Source of the DNA: Macrostomum lignano
Taxonomy: Eukaryota
Reading direction: 5' to 3'
DNA: 64,000 nt
NCBI GenBank assembly: GCA_002269645.1
Contig: NIVC01000619.1
Span: 62,001-126,000 of the forward strand
The notes under the pieces were generated by a model, which was given only the letters and a program-made list of their open reading frames with translations, was not told the origin of the DNA and did not search any database. Positions within the stretch are counted from its first letter, which is position 1, and each line of letters starts with the position of its first letter. This document shows positions 41,945 to 55,610 of the stretch, piece by piece. A program made the translations under genes and the position numbers.

Positions 41945-42435
41945 CCAGTAGTTAATAGCCATGCAGTTGCAAATGTAAGTTAATAGCCATGCAGTTGCAA
42001 ATTTCAGTTAACAGTCAGTTGCAAATTTTATAGTTAATAGTCAGTTTCGAATGTTAGTTAATACTCGTAGTATAGTCAGTTGCAAATGTTAGTTAACAGT
42101 CAGTTGCAAATGTTAGTTAATAGTCAGTTGCAAATGCTAGTTAATAGTCAGTTGCAAATGTTAGTTAATAGTCAGTTGCAAATGTTAGTTAATAGTCAGT
42201 TGCAAATGTTAGTTAATAGTCAGTTGCAAATGTTAGTTAATAGTCAGTTGCAAATTTTAGTTAATAGTCAGTTGCAAATGTTAGTTAATAGTCAGTTGCA
42301 AATGTTAGTTAATAGTCAGTTGCAAATGTTAGTTAATAGTCAGTTGCAAATGTTAGTTAATAGTCAGTTGCAAATTTTAGTTAATAGTCAGTTGCAAATG
42401 TTAGTTAACAGTCAGTTGCAAATGTTAGTTAATAG
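41945..42435. repeat. 24-bp minisatellite (gttaatagtcagttgcaaatgtta)
   Basis: Degenerate 5' units, homogeneous from ~42080. Confidence 0.95.
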
Positions 42436-42869
42436 TACACATTTACCTGAGCATTCCGCTGTCCGCTGGCTAATTTCGCTGTCAAGCCGTGTCTGCAAAA
42501 CAAATGCTTTTTCCCTCTCGACTTTCCACTCCACTGATTGATATCATTGGGCTCCGACGCCACCCGACGCCACTAACCCCCACAAATCCATTGGAAGGGG
42601 CGGCTTGCCTGTGCAAATATTAATGTCGTAGCATCTCTCTCACTCTCTCTCTCTCTCCGCGCTTGCGCGCTTGACTGAAGATCGCACTGGTTCGAATGCA
42701 TGCAGAATTCGGAAGGCAACCCGGGGATTCTGTCTGGACCGGAATTTAAAGTGCGCCCCATCCGGTCACGCACGGATTGCAGTGGTGCTGCGAAATACTT
42801 TTGCTGAAAATGTCATTGGGGGTGGGCGAGAGAGCGAACGTTTGAGAGACAGAGTGAGAATGCGCAAGA

Positions 42870-44128
42870 ATGTTTAAGAAAATGTGAGAGAACGTTTGAG
42901 ACTGTGAGAGAATGTGAGAGAATGTTTGAGAGAATGTGGAAGAATATTGAGAATGTGTGAGAACGTGTGAGAATATGTGAGAATGTGACAGAATGTAAGA
43001 GAATGTGTGAGAATATGTGAGAATGTGAGAATGTGTGAGAATGTGACAGAATTTGAGAGAATGTGAGAGAATGTGTTAGAATGTGAGAGAATGTGAGAGA
43101 ATGTGTGAGAATGTGACAGAATGTGAGAGAGTGTGTGAGAATGTGACAGAATGTGAGAGAGTGTGTGAGAATGTGACAGAATTTGAGAGAATGTGAGAGA
43201 ATGTGTGAGAATTTGTGAGAATGTGAGAGAGTGTGTGAGAATGTGACAGAATTTGAGAGAATGTGAGAGAATGTGTGAGAATGTGACAGAATTTGAGAGA
43301 ATGCGAGAGAATGTTAGAGAATGTAAGAGAACGTGTGAGAATATGTAAGAATGTGAGAGAATGTGAGAGAATGTAATAGAATGTGTGAGAATATGTGAGA
43401 ATGTGAGAGAATGTTAGAGAATGTGAGAGAATGTGTGAGAATGTGAGAGAATGTGAAAGATTGTGAGAGAATTTGTGAGAATGTGACAGAATGTGAGAGA
43501 ATGTGAGAGAATGTGAGAGAATGTGACAGAATGTGAGAGAATGTGAAAGATTGTGAGAGAATTTGTGAGAATGTGAGAGAATGTGAGAGAATGTGAGAGA
43601 ATGCGAGAGAATGTGTGAGAATGTGAGAGAATGTTAGAGAGTGTGTGAGAATGTGACAGAATTTGAGAGAATGTGAGAGAATGTGTGAGAATTTGTGAGA
43701 ATGTGAGAGAGTGTGTGAGAATGTGACAGAATTTGAGAGAATGTGAGAGAATGTGTGAGAATGTGACAGAATTTGAGAGAATGCGAGAGAATGTTAGAGA
43801 ATGTGAGAGAACGTGTGAGAATATGTGAGAATGTGAGAGAATGTAAGAGAATGTAATAGAATGTGTGAGAATATGTGAGAATGTGAGAGAATGTTAGAGA
43901 ATGTGAGAGAATGTGTGAGAATGTGAGAGAATGTGAAAGATTGTGAGAGAATTTGTGAGAATGTGACAGAATGTGAGAGAATGTGAGAGAATGTGAGAGA
44001 ATGTGACAGAATGTGAGAGAATGTGAAAGATTGTGAGAGAATTTGTGAGAATGTGAGAGAATGTGAGAGAATGTGAGAGAATGTGAGAGAATGTTAGAGA
44101 ATGTGAGAGAATGTGTGAGAATGTGAGG
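42870..44128. repeat. 10-bp-based (gtgagagaat) complex satellite with internal block duplication
   Basis: Variant monomers; the variant order at ~43250-43620 recurs at ~43730-44100. Confidence 0.93.
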
Positions 44129-45307
44129 TATAGAAATGTGATAAATTAGCCGTAATGAAGAACACAGCGCTCGTACAAAGCTGCGCACAGATTAACATTA
44201 TGAATGTAATTTCATGTACTTTTTCCTCGGCAGCTGGTAGTGGGCAGGATTTATTGCATTGGCTTTCTATGCCGCCCCTCGCCCAGCATAGCAACCGTCT
44301 GGTCACGCATCCTTAACGACTTGACTAAATACAAATGAGTGCCTGAAGCAGACAGGCACTGCAGTAGAAATCGATCACCTTGCTTCATCTTATCTGAATT
44401 CGAATGGCTTCGAAAATTGTCTCCATCAAGCTTTGATCACTTTGGACTCAATGCAACTTGCGAGATGTTTGCTAAGAGCCGTGGAATGCTAAAGTGCACT
44501 CGATACTCTTCAGACCTGTACTCTTACGTATTTTAAAGGCAGTTATGAAGCACCTACTAGGTTAACTCCAAACTTTCAGCTTCGCGCCTTCTCTCCCGAA
44601 GGTCACTTTTCTTCCCCTGAAGTTCACCCCTCTTCCCCTAAAGTTCACTTTCTTCCCCTGAAGCTCACATCTCTTACCCTGAAGCCCACCACATTTTCCC
44701 TGAAGCTCACCCCATTTTTTTCTGAAGCTCGCACCTCCTCCCCTTCACATTCTTCCTCGGACACTCATAAAAAACTCCACTGAGACTCCACACTTCAGAG
44801 AAGACCTCTTAGCGCTGAAGGCCGCGATTAGACTTCTCCCCGGCAGACTGGCTGCAAATATGCTAGATTAGCCTGTGCAGAACTCGGTGCAACTTCGGCA
44901 TCAGGAGGCCAGCATGCACTCGTGAGCCACCCAATCAGCTACATTCTTTCATTGTGTGCCCTCGCGGCAGCTTCCGGGAATTTTTATTGGGAGGGGGGGG
45001 AGAGGGAAACAGCTGACTGTCCAGAGTCTTCCTCCAAAAGCAGAAATCTGCAACGGTCAACAGAAGCAGCAGCAACAGGGCTCGCACAACTCGATCCTGG
45101 GGAAGTTAAAAAGTTCTTGTTTTCTCGTGTTCCCACTGGCCACCCAGTAGACGCCAGCAGCTCTTCTTACCAACGATTTATACATGCAGTTGCCCGGGGG
45201 GGGGGGGGCTGGGAGCAGAATTGATTTTCATTGATTTTGTCATGGAGTACAACATCTGAGATCTGGGGTGGAACTAGACTCGAGTCTGAAATACACTTTC
45301 CAACTAA

Positions 45308-46165
45308 CTTTGTAGCCAAAGGGGTTGTAGCCAAAGGGATTGTAGCCAAAGGGGTTGTAGCCAAAGGGGTTGTAGCCAAAGGGATTGTAGCCAAAGGGAT
45401 TGTAGCCAAAGGGGTTGTAGCCAAAGGGGTTGTAGCCAAAGGGATTGTAGCCAAAGGGGTTGTATCCAAAGGTGTTTTAGCCAAACGGGTTGTAGCCAAA
45501 GGGGTTGTAGCCAAAGGGATTGTAGCCAAAGGGGTTGTAGCCAAAGAGATTGTAGCCAAAGGGATTGTAGCCAAAGGGGTTGTAGCCAAAGGGATTGTAG
45601 CCAAAGGGGTTGTAGCCAAAGGGGTTGTAGCCAAAGGGGTTGTAGCCAAAGGGATTGTAGCCAAAGGGGTTGTAGCCAAAGGGGTTGTAGCCAAAGGGGT
45701 TGTAGCCAAAGTGAGTTGTATCTACAAAATGAGTTGTAGCCAAAGGGGTTGTAGCCAAAGGGGTTGTAGCCAAAGGGGTTGTAGCCAAAGGGGTTGTAGC
45801 CAAAGTGAGTTGTATCTACAAAATGAGTTGTAGCCAAAGGGGTTGTAGCCAAAGTGAGTTGTATCTACAAAATGAGTTGTAGCCAAAGGGGTTGTAGCCA
45901 AAGTGAGTTGTATCTACAAAATGAGTTGTAGCCAAAGGGGTTGTAGCCAAAGGGGTTGTAGCCAAAGGGGTTGTAGCCAAAGTGAGTTGTATCCACAAAA
46001 TGAGTTGTAGACAAAGGGGTTGTAGCCTAATGATTAGAGCGTCGGATTCTCGACTGAAAGGTCGGGGGTTCGATTCTCGACCCACTCGGAACAATTTGTG
46101 TCCTTGAGCCCAGTCCTTGGACTGAACAGCCGTATGCCCATTATGGCAGGTGTGATAAATATAAG
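45308..46165 (+). mobile_element. tRNA-derived SINE whose 5' end has expanded into a 15-bp minisatellite
   Basis: tRNA-like head 46016-46090 (A box GTAGCCTAATGATTAGAGC, B box GGTTCGATTC), short body, AT-rich tail; array (ttgtagccaaagggg)n 45310-46015; direct repeat CAACTAA at 45301-45307 and 46166-46172 as candidate TSD. Confidence 0.65.
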
Positions 46166-46850
46166 CAACTAATTGTTTTGAGGTTTGAGTGCAGCGTGTT
46201 CCTATTCCAGCATCGTCAAAGAAAATGAAGTAGCAGCTGATAATTCGCTCATTAGTTAAGTTTCTCTCCAGACAATTGATCTGGTACTCCATGATTGAGT
46301 ACTCAGCTCCATGCAGCCCTGCCTACGCCTATATGGGCGCCACAACAGCTAACTCAGCTATTGTGCGGCCTCAGCTCCGCAGAACTGATCGATCAATCAT
46401 TGATTGCAGCTCGGCCGGGGGTCGATCTGGCCCAGACCTGATGAGAGCTCACCAGTTGCTTGAGTAAGTGCCGGCGCGTGTTTTTTCCAAACTCCGACCA
46501 GCTCCGAAGATGAGGAAGCAGGATTTTCAAGGGGAAAGAAGGAAAAATTGAATCCCAAGTTCAGCAGACAGCATGGCCGGACAAATTGCCAATTAATAAT
46601 TCGCTCAATCACAGAAATCTTTATTGAGCATGAGGTCTCTAGTGAAATCTGTTTCTTTCACGGCGGAGACCATCGAAGCTGAAGAGCCGCTACCGCTCAG
46701 CCTCCGCTGTCGCTCTCTTTGGCCCGCTCGCATTGGTCAGCGTCGGAACTTGCGAGGATCGAATGGCCAAGCTGGCATATGTAAGGGGATTCCAAGATTC
46801 TATTGGGACTGCCGCCCAGCTTGACAGATTCTGCGTCACTCCTCGCCAGC

Positions 46851-47537
46851 ATGACAGGCACCGGCTATGATCAGCTCAACAGCAGCTTGGCGCCCAACAA
46901 GTCCGTGTTCGACTCCCAGCGCCTGGCCAGGCCGTCGGTCTACCGGCACTGCGGCCGAGCCAGCCTGGCCATCGGGGTCGTCTGCCTGCTGGCCGAGATC
47001 TCCGTGTTCGTGGTCAAACGCGGCCTGAGCAGCGCCGGGGTCGGCATCTGGACTGGGGCGCCGTTCGTCATCTTTGGCGCAGTGACCCTGGCGGTGCCGA
47101 GGACTCGAACGGTGTGCTCGGTGAACACCTGCTTCGCGCTGGGCCTGGTCTCCATGCTCATGTCGGCCGTCGGTGCGGCAGCCTGCGCTCGGCACATCGG
47201 CGAGCTGGCCGACATTCTGGACAGTCGTTCGACTCCGCAACCGAACTTTGAGCTGTCCTGCCGAGCGTGCGGGTACTACATCATACTGAAGGAAGTTGTG
47301 CAGATCGGCCTGCTGCTGCTACAGCTGGCGGTTTCAGCCGCACTGGCCTGCTTTGCCTACGCCGACTGTTTGTGCTGTCAGGCCACGGAGACCGAGGTCA
47401 TCCTAGGCGGCAACGGTGGCTGTGGCGATGGCGAAGGCGGAAGCGGCGGCGGTCGTGGTGCGTCGACAACTGTCATGGAGAATCAGAACACCTCTCCGGC
47501 GCCGCCGCCACTACCCAGACCAGCTTTACTGGCCCAG

Positions 47538-47569
<32 letters not shown>

Positions 47570-47996
47570 CCCCCTGGGATTTACTCCCAGCCTGCTGGGT
47601 AATCAGCAGGCCCTATCCGGCGCCGCGTCTTTGTCGCGGGGGGGAGGCAACGCCCGTTCTTCGGGCGGCGAAGAGCGCCGGGAATCGGTCACCGCTCCTG
47701 GCTCAGGGGCGGTGGATGTGGCTCGGTCCGGCCCTCTGTGCTCAGCCTTTGTCGCTGGCTCTGTCAGCGGTAGGGGTTTGGTACCTGGTCCGGTTATTCC
47801 GGGCTCGGTCCGCAGTCAACAACAACAACAACAACAACAGCAGCAGCATCAATATTCTGCGAACGCGGCTGGGGCTGCAGCCACTGCGTCATCGTCCGTG
47901 TCCTATGTTGGACAGCGTCAGGCGGGGGGCAGGTCCGCCGCACAACCGCATCCTGGCGGCAGTTTTGGCCCGCCACCGATGCTCTACGATTTGTGA
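46851..47996 (+). CDS. MS4A/CD20-like four-TM protein with long Gln/Gly/Pro-rich tail, single exon, 381 aa
   Basis: GVGIWTGAPFVIFG motif in TM2, four hydrophobic segments, CLCC after TM4, two polyQ runs. Confidence 0.75.
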
Positions 47997-48370
47997 TGAT
48001 GCTCTACGGTTTGTGATGATTCTCTACGGTTTGTGATGATACTCTACGGTTTGTGATGATGCTCTACGGTTTGTGATGATGCTCTACGGTTTGTGATGAT
48101 GCTCTACGGTTTGTGATGATGCTCTACGGTTTGTGATGATGCTCTACGGTTTGTGATGATGCTCTACGGTTTGTGATGATGCTCTACGGTTTGTGATGAT
48201 TCTCTATGGTTTGTGATGATGCTCTACGGTTTGTGATGATGCTCTACGGTTTGTGATGATGCTCTACGATTTGTGATGATGCTCTACGGTTTGTGATGAT
48301 GCTCTACGGTTTGTGATGATGCTCTACGGTTTGTGATGATGCTCTACGGTTTGTGATAATTCTCTATGGT
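47981..48370. repeat. 20-bp minisatellite (gctctacggtttgtgatgat) beginning in the last codons of the MS4A-like CDS
   Basis: First unit 47981-48000 contains the TGA stop; ~19 copies. Confidence 0.95.
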
Positions 48371-48629
48371 TTGTGATATAGTCAATTCTCTACAAATTTT
48401 ATCTGCGGTTTATCAACACTAATTACAAACTTATCCACCATTTTATACTTCGATGTACTGCATATGTTATTAAAAATGCTCTAAGATTGGCTGGACCGTC
48501 AGTATTGACTTGTTTTGGGTGACATACTTAGGTGAAAACCTGACTTAGAAAAGTTCCTAAAGTTTCTTTCTAAAAGAATTGATTACTAATAATCATATTT
48601 TTATATTGCTAAAACATTTTACAGTATGA

Positions 48630-48840
48630 ATGTCGTAGAGTGGGGTTGTTGGCGGAGTGGGGGTTGTTTGCGGAGTGGGGGTTGTTGGTGGAGTGGGGGT
48701 TGTTGGTGGAGTGGGGTTGTTTGCAGAGTGGAGTTTTTGGTAGAGGTTGTTTGTGGGTAGGGGTTGTTGGCTTAGTGAGGGTTTTTGGCTGAGTGGGGGT
48801 TGTTGGCGGAGTGGCGTTGTTGTCGGAGTTGGGTTGTTGA
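48630..48840. repeat. Degenerate G/T-rich repeat (gagtgggggttgtt...)
   Basis: Direct reading. Confidence 0.75.
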
Positions 48841-50346
48841 TGGAATTGAAAATTCCGCGTAAAGCAAAACATATTTCTCTTTTTTAAATTACTGAGCAAA
48901 CAATGAACAATCCTTTTGATATGTACTTTTTGTACATATACCTGCCTACTAAAAGTAAACGTTAGCGAATTTTCAAAGAAACGAACTTACTTAAGTCAAT
49001 AATCGTGCATATCTTACAGTTGAAATTTGATGTAAGCACAATTTCCATTTCGGTGCCTCCTTCGCCTTTTCGGAATTTGCAAACAATAAAAAACAAGAGG
49101 TCATTAGTAGCAGACTTGACATGGGAAAAATATTGATTTACTGACCGAGACAGAGTATAATATATTTACTTAAATATAGAAACAATCCACAGCTGAACTC
49201 GCGACCAAACTGTGCGTTCAAGCTTGGATCGCGCGTAAATAGACAGGACGCAGTGTACTAAAGAATAATGCCGAGATCGGTAGAGGTCAGTCAAGCAGGA
49301 GGCACGCGGTTTCCTGGGCCGCAGGTATCGAGGCTGTACAGATCAGCGTCTGTGGCGCAGAAACCAACCTAGAAAGTCGTTGATGAGGTCTTGCTCTGAT
49401 GAAGGGGGAACCATGCAGTGTTCATCAAAAATAGCATAAGTGCAGGCTAGCCGATGTTCGGTGAGTTAAAAAATAGAAGTGCAACGCTGTGACACAAAAG
49501 CAAGCAATCGGTCACAGAGAAGGTAAATAGCATGCGAAGGCAAAGCATTTCTATACGGTAATTTAGTGACGATTCATTCAGCATAATGCTTACGACAGTA
49601 GAATTTCCAACGCAATTATGAAGGAGTAGCTTTGTAATATAGGCTCAAAACATTCGACATCAATTGCGAGTGGAACTGCAAGTGAAAAGTTAGAAAATGA
49701 TGCCAAAAAATAACTGCGTCTTCAATCTTTGAGACTCCCATTGAGACTCGATAGAGTCTCGGTGTGTCTATCATCTGTCCGAACTTCAATAAATGCAACA
49801 CACTGGATGACATCATAAAATAGTTGGATGAACGTATAAAATTCATTAATTTGCAAACAGATAAAAAAGAAACTGATAATCACATGCATTGTTATATTTT
49901 CGCTATTGGAATGCTGGTCTCAGTTAGATGTGTAGCTTCCAAAACGATGTGGACGGACAGAGCAAGTACATGTAGTGTCGTGTGCGAGCGAGTAAGGGTG
50001 ACAGTTCTACAGTTTATCGAATTGTCCAACAATGCCTGTTGGATTTAAGCAAACTGCTTTATCGTGAAGAAACCGGTATTGGGGACTTTTGAAAAACTGA
50101 CTTCTTATAGTTTCTCAGAGACATCTCGGACTGCTGTCTGCGGATCAAGGATGTTGTCGAGAAGGGGAACTCTTTCGATGCGTGGCTTCGTGCATCAGGA
50201 ATTGACGGCCACGAGACTCTCGGGTCGGTTGATGCCCCTGCCCGGCCGGTTATTTGTGGACTCCCTGTTGCCCATCGGACTGTTCGCCGCCGCGGTGTCG
50301 ACACCGTTGGCGTCTGCAATGTCGCGAGTTGATTTTTTAGCTATGG

Positions 50347-51230
<884 letters not shown>

Positions 51231-51904
51231 ACAGCGTGAATCTGAAGATTCCGAACGGCAAGCTTTAATTTAATCACGATAAAATTAAAAGTATTGTTAA
51301 CAAACAGTACTCACTTGCAAAGTTGGTATTGTGAATAAGTATCCTTGGTTCACCAGCAGTGCTCAGTTGGTCAACGTGGTTTTCATCTGTCAAAGGTGTG
51401 TTCAGATTGTTTCATCATGCTTTTGAACGAAAATCACTTCAATATGATTTGTTAGTTTTTTGAGTCAATTGCACGGCAGACGGCACAAATATGTTGTAAT
51501 TAGTTGAACTGAATTCAAATATAAAATAAGTGCAAAATTCGTTGTTAAAACCGTTGCTCTGTTTCCAGAATCACATTTTTACGTCATTCTCAAACAATAC
51601 TCAGAACAAAACTAACTCCTTGTCTCAACTAAATATGACAAAATTACTGGGGTCAAAGACATCAACACAGCCACGTGGCAACAGGGTCTGTTAGAAACTC
51701 GTTAGTTTGAAGGTGCAACATCACTGAACTTCAAACTGTGAAGGTTCGTGGAGCAGTATTTTTAGTACTGAAGTCCCGAAAACTTCTAAATTGTAGTTTA
51801 TCCCTTCAATATTTTTCTTCAAAAGTCTTGCTAATTTTACAGATGTAATTACCTAATCTCACACATCTTTGATAACTATCCAATTGATTTGTAAGTTATC
51901 TAAT

Positions 51905-52650
51905 CGATGTGTTATCTAACTAACCGATCTGTGATCTAACTAACCGATCTGTTATCTAACCATCCTATCTGTTATCTAACTAACCGATCTGTTATCTAAC
52001 CATCCTATCTGTTATCTAACTAACCGATCTGTTATCTAACCATCCTATCTGTTATCTAACTAACCGATCTGTTATCTAACCATCCTATCTGTTATCTAAC
52101 TAACCGATCTGTTATCTAACCATCCTATCTGTTATCTAACTAACCGATCTGTTATCTAACCATCCTATCTGTTATCTAACTAACCGATCTGTTATCTAAC
52201 CATCCTATCTGTTATCTAACTAACCGATCTGTTATCTAACCATCCTATCTGTTATCTAACTAACCGATCTGTTATCTAACCATCCTATCTGTTATCTAAC
52301 TAACCGATCTGTTATCTAACCATCCTATCTGTTATCTAACTAACCGATCTGTTATCTAACCATCCTATCTGTTATATAACTATCCGATCTGTTATATAAC
52401 TATCCGATCTGTTATCTAACCATCCTATCTGTTATCTAACCATCCTATCTGTTGTCTAACCGTCCGATCTGTTATCTAGCTAATCGATCTGTTATCTAGC
52501 TAATCGATCTGTTATCTAGCTAATCGATCTGTTATCTAGCTAATCGATCTGTTATCTAGCTAATCGATCTGTTATCTAGCTAATCGATCTGTTATCTAGC
52601 TAATCGATCTGTTATCTAGCTAATCGATCTGTTATCTAGCTAATCGATCT
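51905..52650. repeat. 20-bp satellite with 40-bp dimeric higher-order structure grading into a second variant
   Basis: ctgttatctaactaaccgat alternates with ctgttatctaaccatcctat (51950-52370), then ctgttatctagctaatcgat (52490-52650). Confidence 0.95.
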
Positions 52651-52687
52651 ATTCTCTCAAATAGCCTTCTCCCTACTGCGCCAATCC

Positions 52688-54218
52688 CTATGAGCAGAGT
52701 CTCTCTAACATTGAGTCGGCACTGCCGGACTCCGCCAGAGAAGATGGTGGCGAATGTGGTGTCTCCTGGCAGGGCTTGGGCTGGGCCACTGGGGCCAGGG
52801 TTGGCGCCTGGTGGACTTGAATGACGGCGGGCCTGCGGCCCTGCTGATGCTGCGGCGGTGGCGGCAGCGGCTCATCCGGCTGCTGCTCTGTCTGATGCTC
52901 CATCACTGATTGGTTCTCAGCAGCCTCAGCTGAGTACCCGGACACAAGCAGCAGCGGCAAATTCTGCTCATCTTCATCACCAGTTATTCCTATACGCGTT
53001 TTTAAGTAGTATGTTCAGCATTTTGTTACATGTTTTCCTAGAAAGCGTGAAACCGTAGATTGATCGGAAATCGCCTTCCTTTCTTAGAAATCTTTGTCCA
53101 GCGAATGCAAATTGGATGTCCAGAGCCATCCCAGCCGTCCCTTCTGCCCCGTTCCTCTCTGAGAGCTCTTAGAGCGCAATTGGAGCGAAGTGGCCTATTC
53201 ATGCAGTAATAGAGAAGAATTTTTGAATATTTGCCTGGATTATGCACGCCTCGAGTAGCGGAACTGATGGTGAATAGGTGGCAGAATTAATGGAAATCTG
53301 CGCCTCTCCCACTGCTCACCTGTTGAGCTAATATGCGGGATATTTGGACAATAGGGGTGATTTCCCCATAAAACTTTGCCCCGGTCCTATTCTAAGCCAG
53401 AGACGTTCGCGAAAAGTACGTCTGCCAACACTGCCGGCTGCAGCACTTCACTGACCTTCGCGAAGGGCTAGCACCCTGAAGTTTTCATCGGACAGCCCTG
53501 CAAGTTTTGGGTGAGCAATTGCCTGTCTAATATTGGCTGGACTGGCATTGTTAGTTGGGCATCAGTAGAACGCGAGTTGAAACACACGAATTTTCATAAG
53601 CAGTGCGAATCTTACTAAGTGGACTCAGTGACGAGTGCAGAGTCTCAAAGCCTGCAGGTAACGGTTGGTTCACTCAAGTTGTTACATTCTTTAATTTTGG
53701 ATAAAGATTTCGGATTTTTGGACTTCGAGCAGCTCAAACCATGCCAACTGCTGACTCTTAGTGCAGCAACAAAGACTCCCCCGAACACTCGGCCGGCAAC
53801 TGCTCACCCAGCCTGTTGAGTTTCGCCTCCAGACCGCCGCCTCCGCCGCCGCCGCCGCCTCCGATGCCGCCACCACCGCCGCCACCGCCGTCGACTCCGC
53901 CAGCGCCGCCGGCGCCAGTCGCCGATCCCTTCAACATCGGGTTGACTCGCCTCGGATTCGAGCTCGGAGACTTTGGCGGGCCGCTGCCGTTGCCGCCTGG
54001 GCCGCCGGGGCCGCCGGGAGGCGCGGGAGCCACCACGCCACCGCCGCCGGGCTTCGGCCGGACAGCCTCCACAGGGAGAACTCGGCGCCGCTTCTTTGGC
54101 AGCTTGCTGCGTGCCTGCGTGTGCGAGTAGAACATCGAGAAGTTCGACACGATGACGGGCACCGGCAGGGCGATCGTCAGCACGCCAGTGAGTGCGCACA
54201 GGGCGCCGACGAGCATAC
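52688..54218 (-). CDS. Shaw: Shaw/Kv3 voltage-gated K+ channel, 3' exons (S6 and C-terminus); 5' exons not in window
   Basis: Exon 54218-53808: [51 protein letters not shown], characteristic of Shaw S6/PVP region. Probable last exon 52929-52688 joins in frame (phase 1, GTGAGC donor); alternatively reads through to the stop at 53758. Confidence 0.9.
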
Positions 54219-54244
54219 CTGCGGGAGACGGTGGCGTGTAAGTC

Positions 54245-54962
54245 GTATGGTCAGCGTCTGGTCACTTCTATGGTCAGCGTCTGGTCACTTCTATGGTCAG
54301 CGTCTGGTCACTTCTATGGTCAGCGTCTGGTCACTTCTATGGTCAGCGTCTGGTCACTTCTATGGTCAGCGTCTGGTCACTTCTATGGTCAGCGTCTGGT
54401 CACTTCTATGGTCAGCGTCTGGTCACTTCTATGGTCAGCGTCTGGTCACTTCTATGGTCAGCGTCTGGTCACTTCTATGGTCAGCGTCTGGTCACTTCTA
54501 TGGTCAGCGTCTGGTCACTTCTATGGTCAGCGTCTGGTCACTTCTATGGTCAGCGTCTGGTCACTTCTATGGTCAGCGTCTGGTCACTTCTATGGTCAGC
54601 GTCTGGTCACTTCTATGGTCAGCGTCTGGTCACTTCTATGGTCAGCGTCTGGTCACTTCTATGGTCAGCGTCTGGTCACTTCTATGGTCAGCATCTGGTC
54701 ACTCTATAGTCAGCGTCTGGTCACTTCTATGGTCAGCATCTGGTCACTTCTATGGTCAGCGTCTGGTCACTTCTATGGTCAGCATCTGGTCACTCTATAG
54801 TCAGCGTCTGGTCACTTCTATGGTCAGTGTCTGGTCACTTCTATGGTCAGCGTCTGGTCACTTCTATGGTCAGCGTCTGGTCACTTCTATGGTCAGCATC
54901 TGGTCACTTCTATGGTCAGCGTCTGGTCACTTCTATGGTCAGCATCTGGTCACTCTATAGTC
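54245..54962. repeat. 23-bp minisatellite (atggtcagcgtctggtcacttct) abutting the Shaw acceptor
   Basis: ~30 units starting ~25 nt from the AG acceptor. Confidence 0.97.
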
Positions 54963-55188
54963 AGTAGTAATATACCATACAAAATTGCCAGCAAACCGTT
55001 CTCAAAATTCAATCAATTTAACTCTTTATCAGTGTAAAACGGCTCATTTTCCCTTCATTATCGCTCGTCTTCACTCTGCTCAACTCGCTCCGCTCATCCT
55101 CGCTTCATTTCGGTCAATTGCACCATTTCACACTTTCACCTTGGCAGGCGCCAAGGGTCTAAATTTATGTTACTAAAAATAGACATAA

Positions 55189-55600
55189 ATGACACATGTT
55201 ACACATATACAAAATCTGAATGAAATACAAATTGGAGACCCCGTAGAATACCGAGGATGAGGGTCTTTTTGATGTGGTTGGTACAGCAGCAAATTTTGTA
55301 AAAGACAATATGGGTCTTATAGGACAAGCGGGCTCTGCAGCAGGCTCTATAACAAACGCTGTAAAGGGCGGAATCGAAGCAGCGAGGGCAGTAGAAGAAC
55401 TAAAGAAATTGAAAGAACTTAACGACACCCTCTGACAAATAAAAGCAATAAAAGATTTGAAACTGGCACAGGAAGCAACTCAAGCCGCACAACCAACAGA
55501 AACCCCCACGAAAAGCGCGCCAATAAGTAATAAAGATATTCAGGATTTTAATAAAATGTTAACCACAATTAAAGGTGGGAAAGGATTAAAGAAATTTTAA
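55189..55600 (+). pseudogene. Polinton-like small core/virion protein, disrupted
   Basis: Reconstructs to MTHVTHIQNLNEIQIGDPVEYRG[fs]EGLFDVVGTAANFVKDNMGLIGQAGSAAGSITNAVKGG...TL*QIK...IKGGKGLKKF with a +1 frameshift near 55257 and TGA at 55433-55435 (likely CGA>TGA). Confidence 0.55.
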
Positions 55601-55610
55601 CAATATAAAA

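Noticed and set aside
49380-49440. CTGATGA motif as possible hammerhead ribozyme (also 17999, 23582)
   Set aside because: No properly placed GAAA/CGAAAC core or supporting stems.
50050-50340. GC-richer segment next to the (CTA)n tract that might be an exon
   Set aside because: No convincing splice sites, motif or long frame found.
53761-54960. 399-aa plus ORF and related ORFs
   Set aside because: Antisense to the Shaw exon plus read-through of the 23-bp array.
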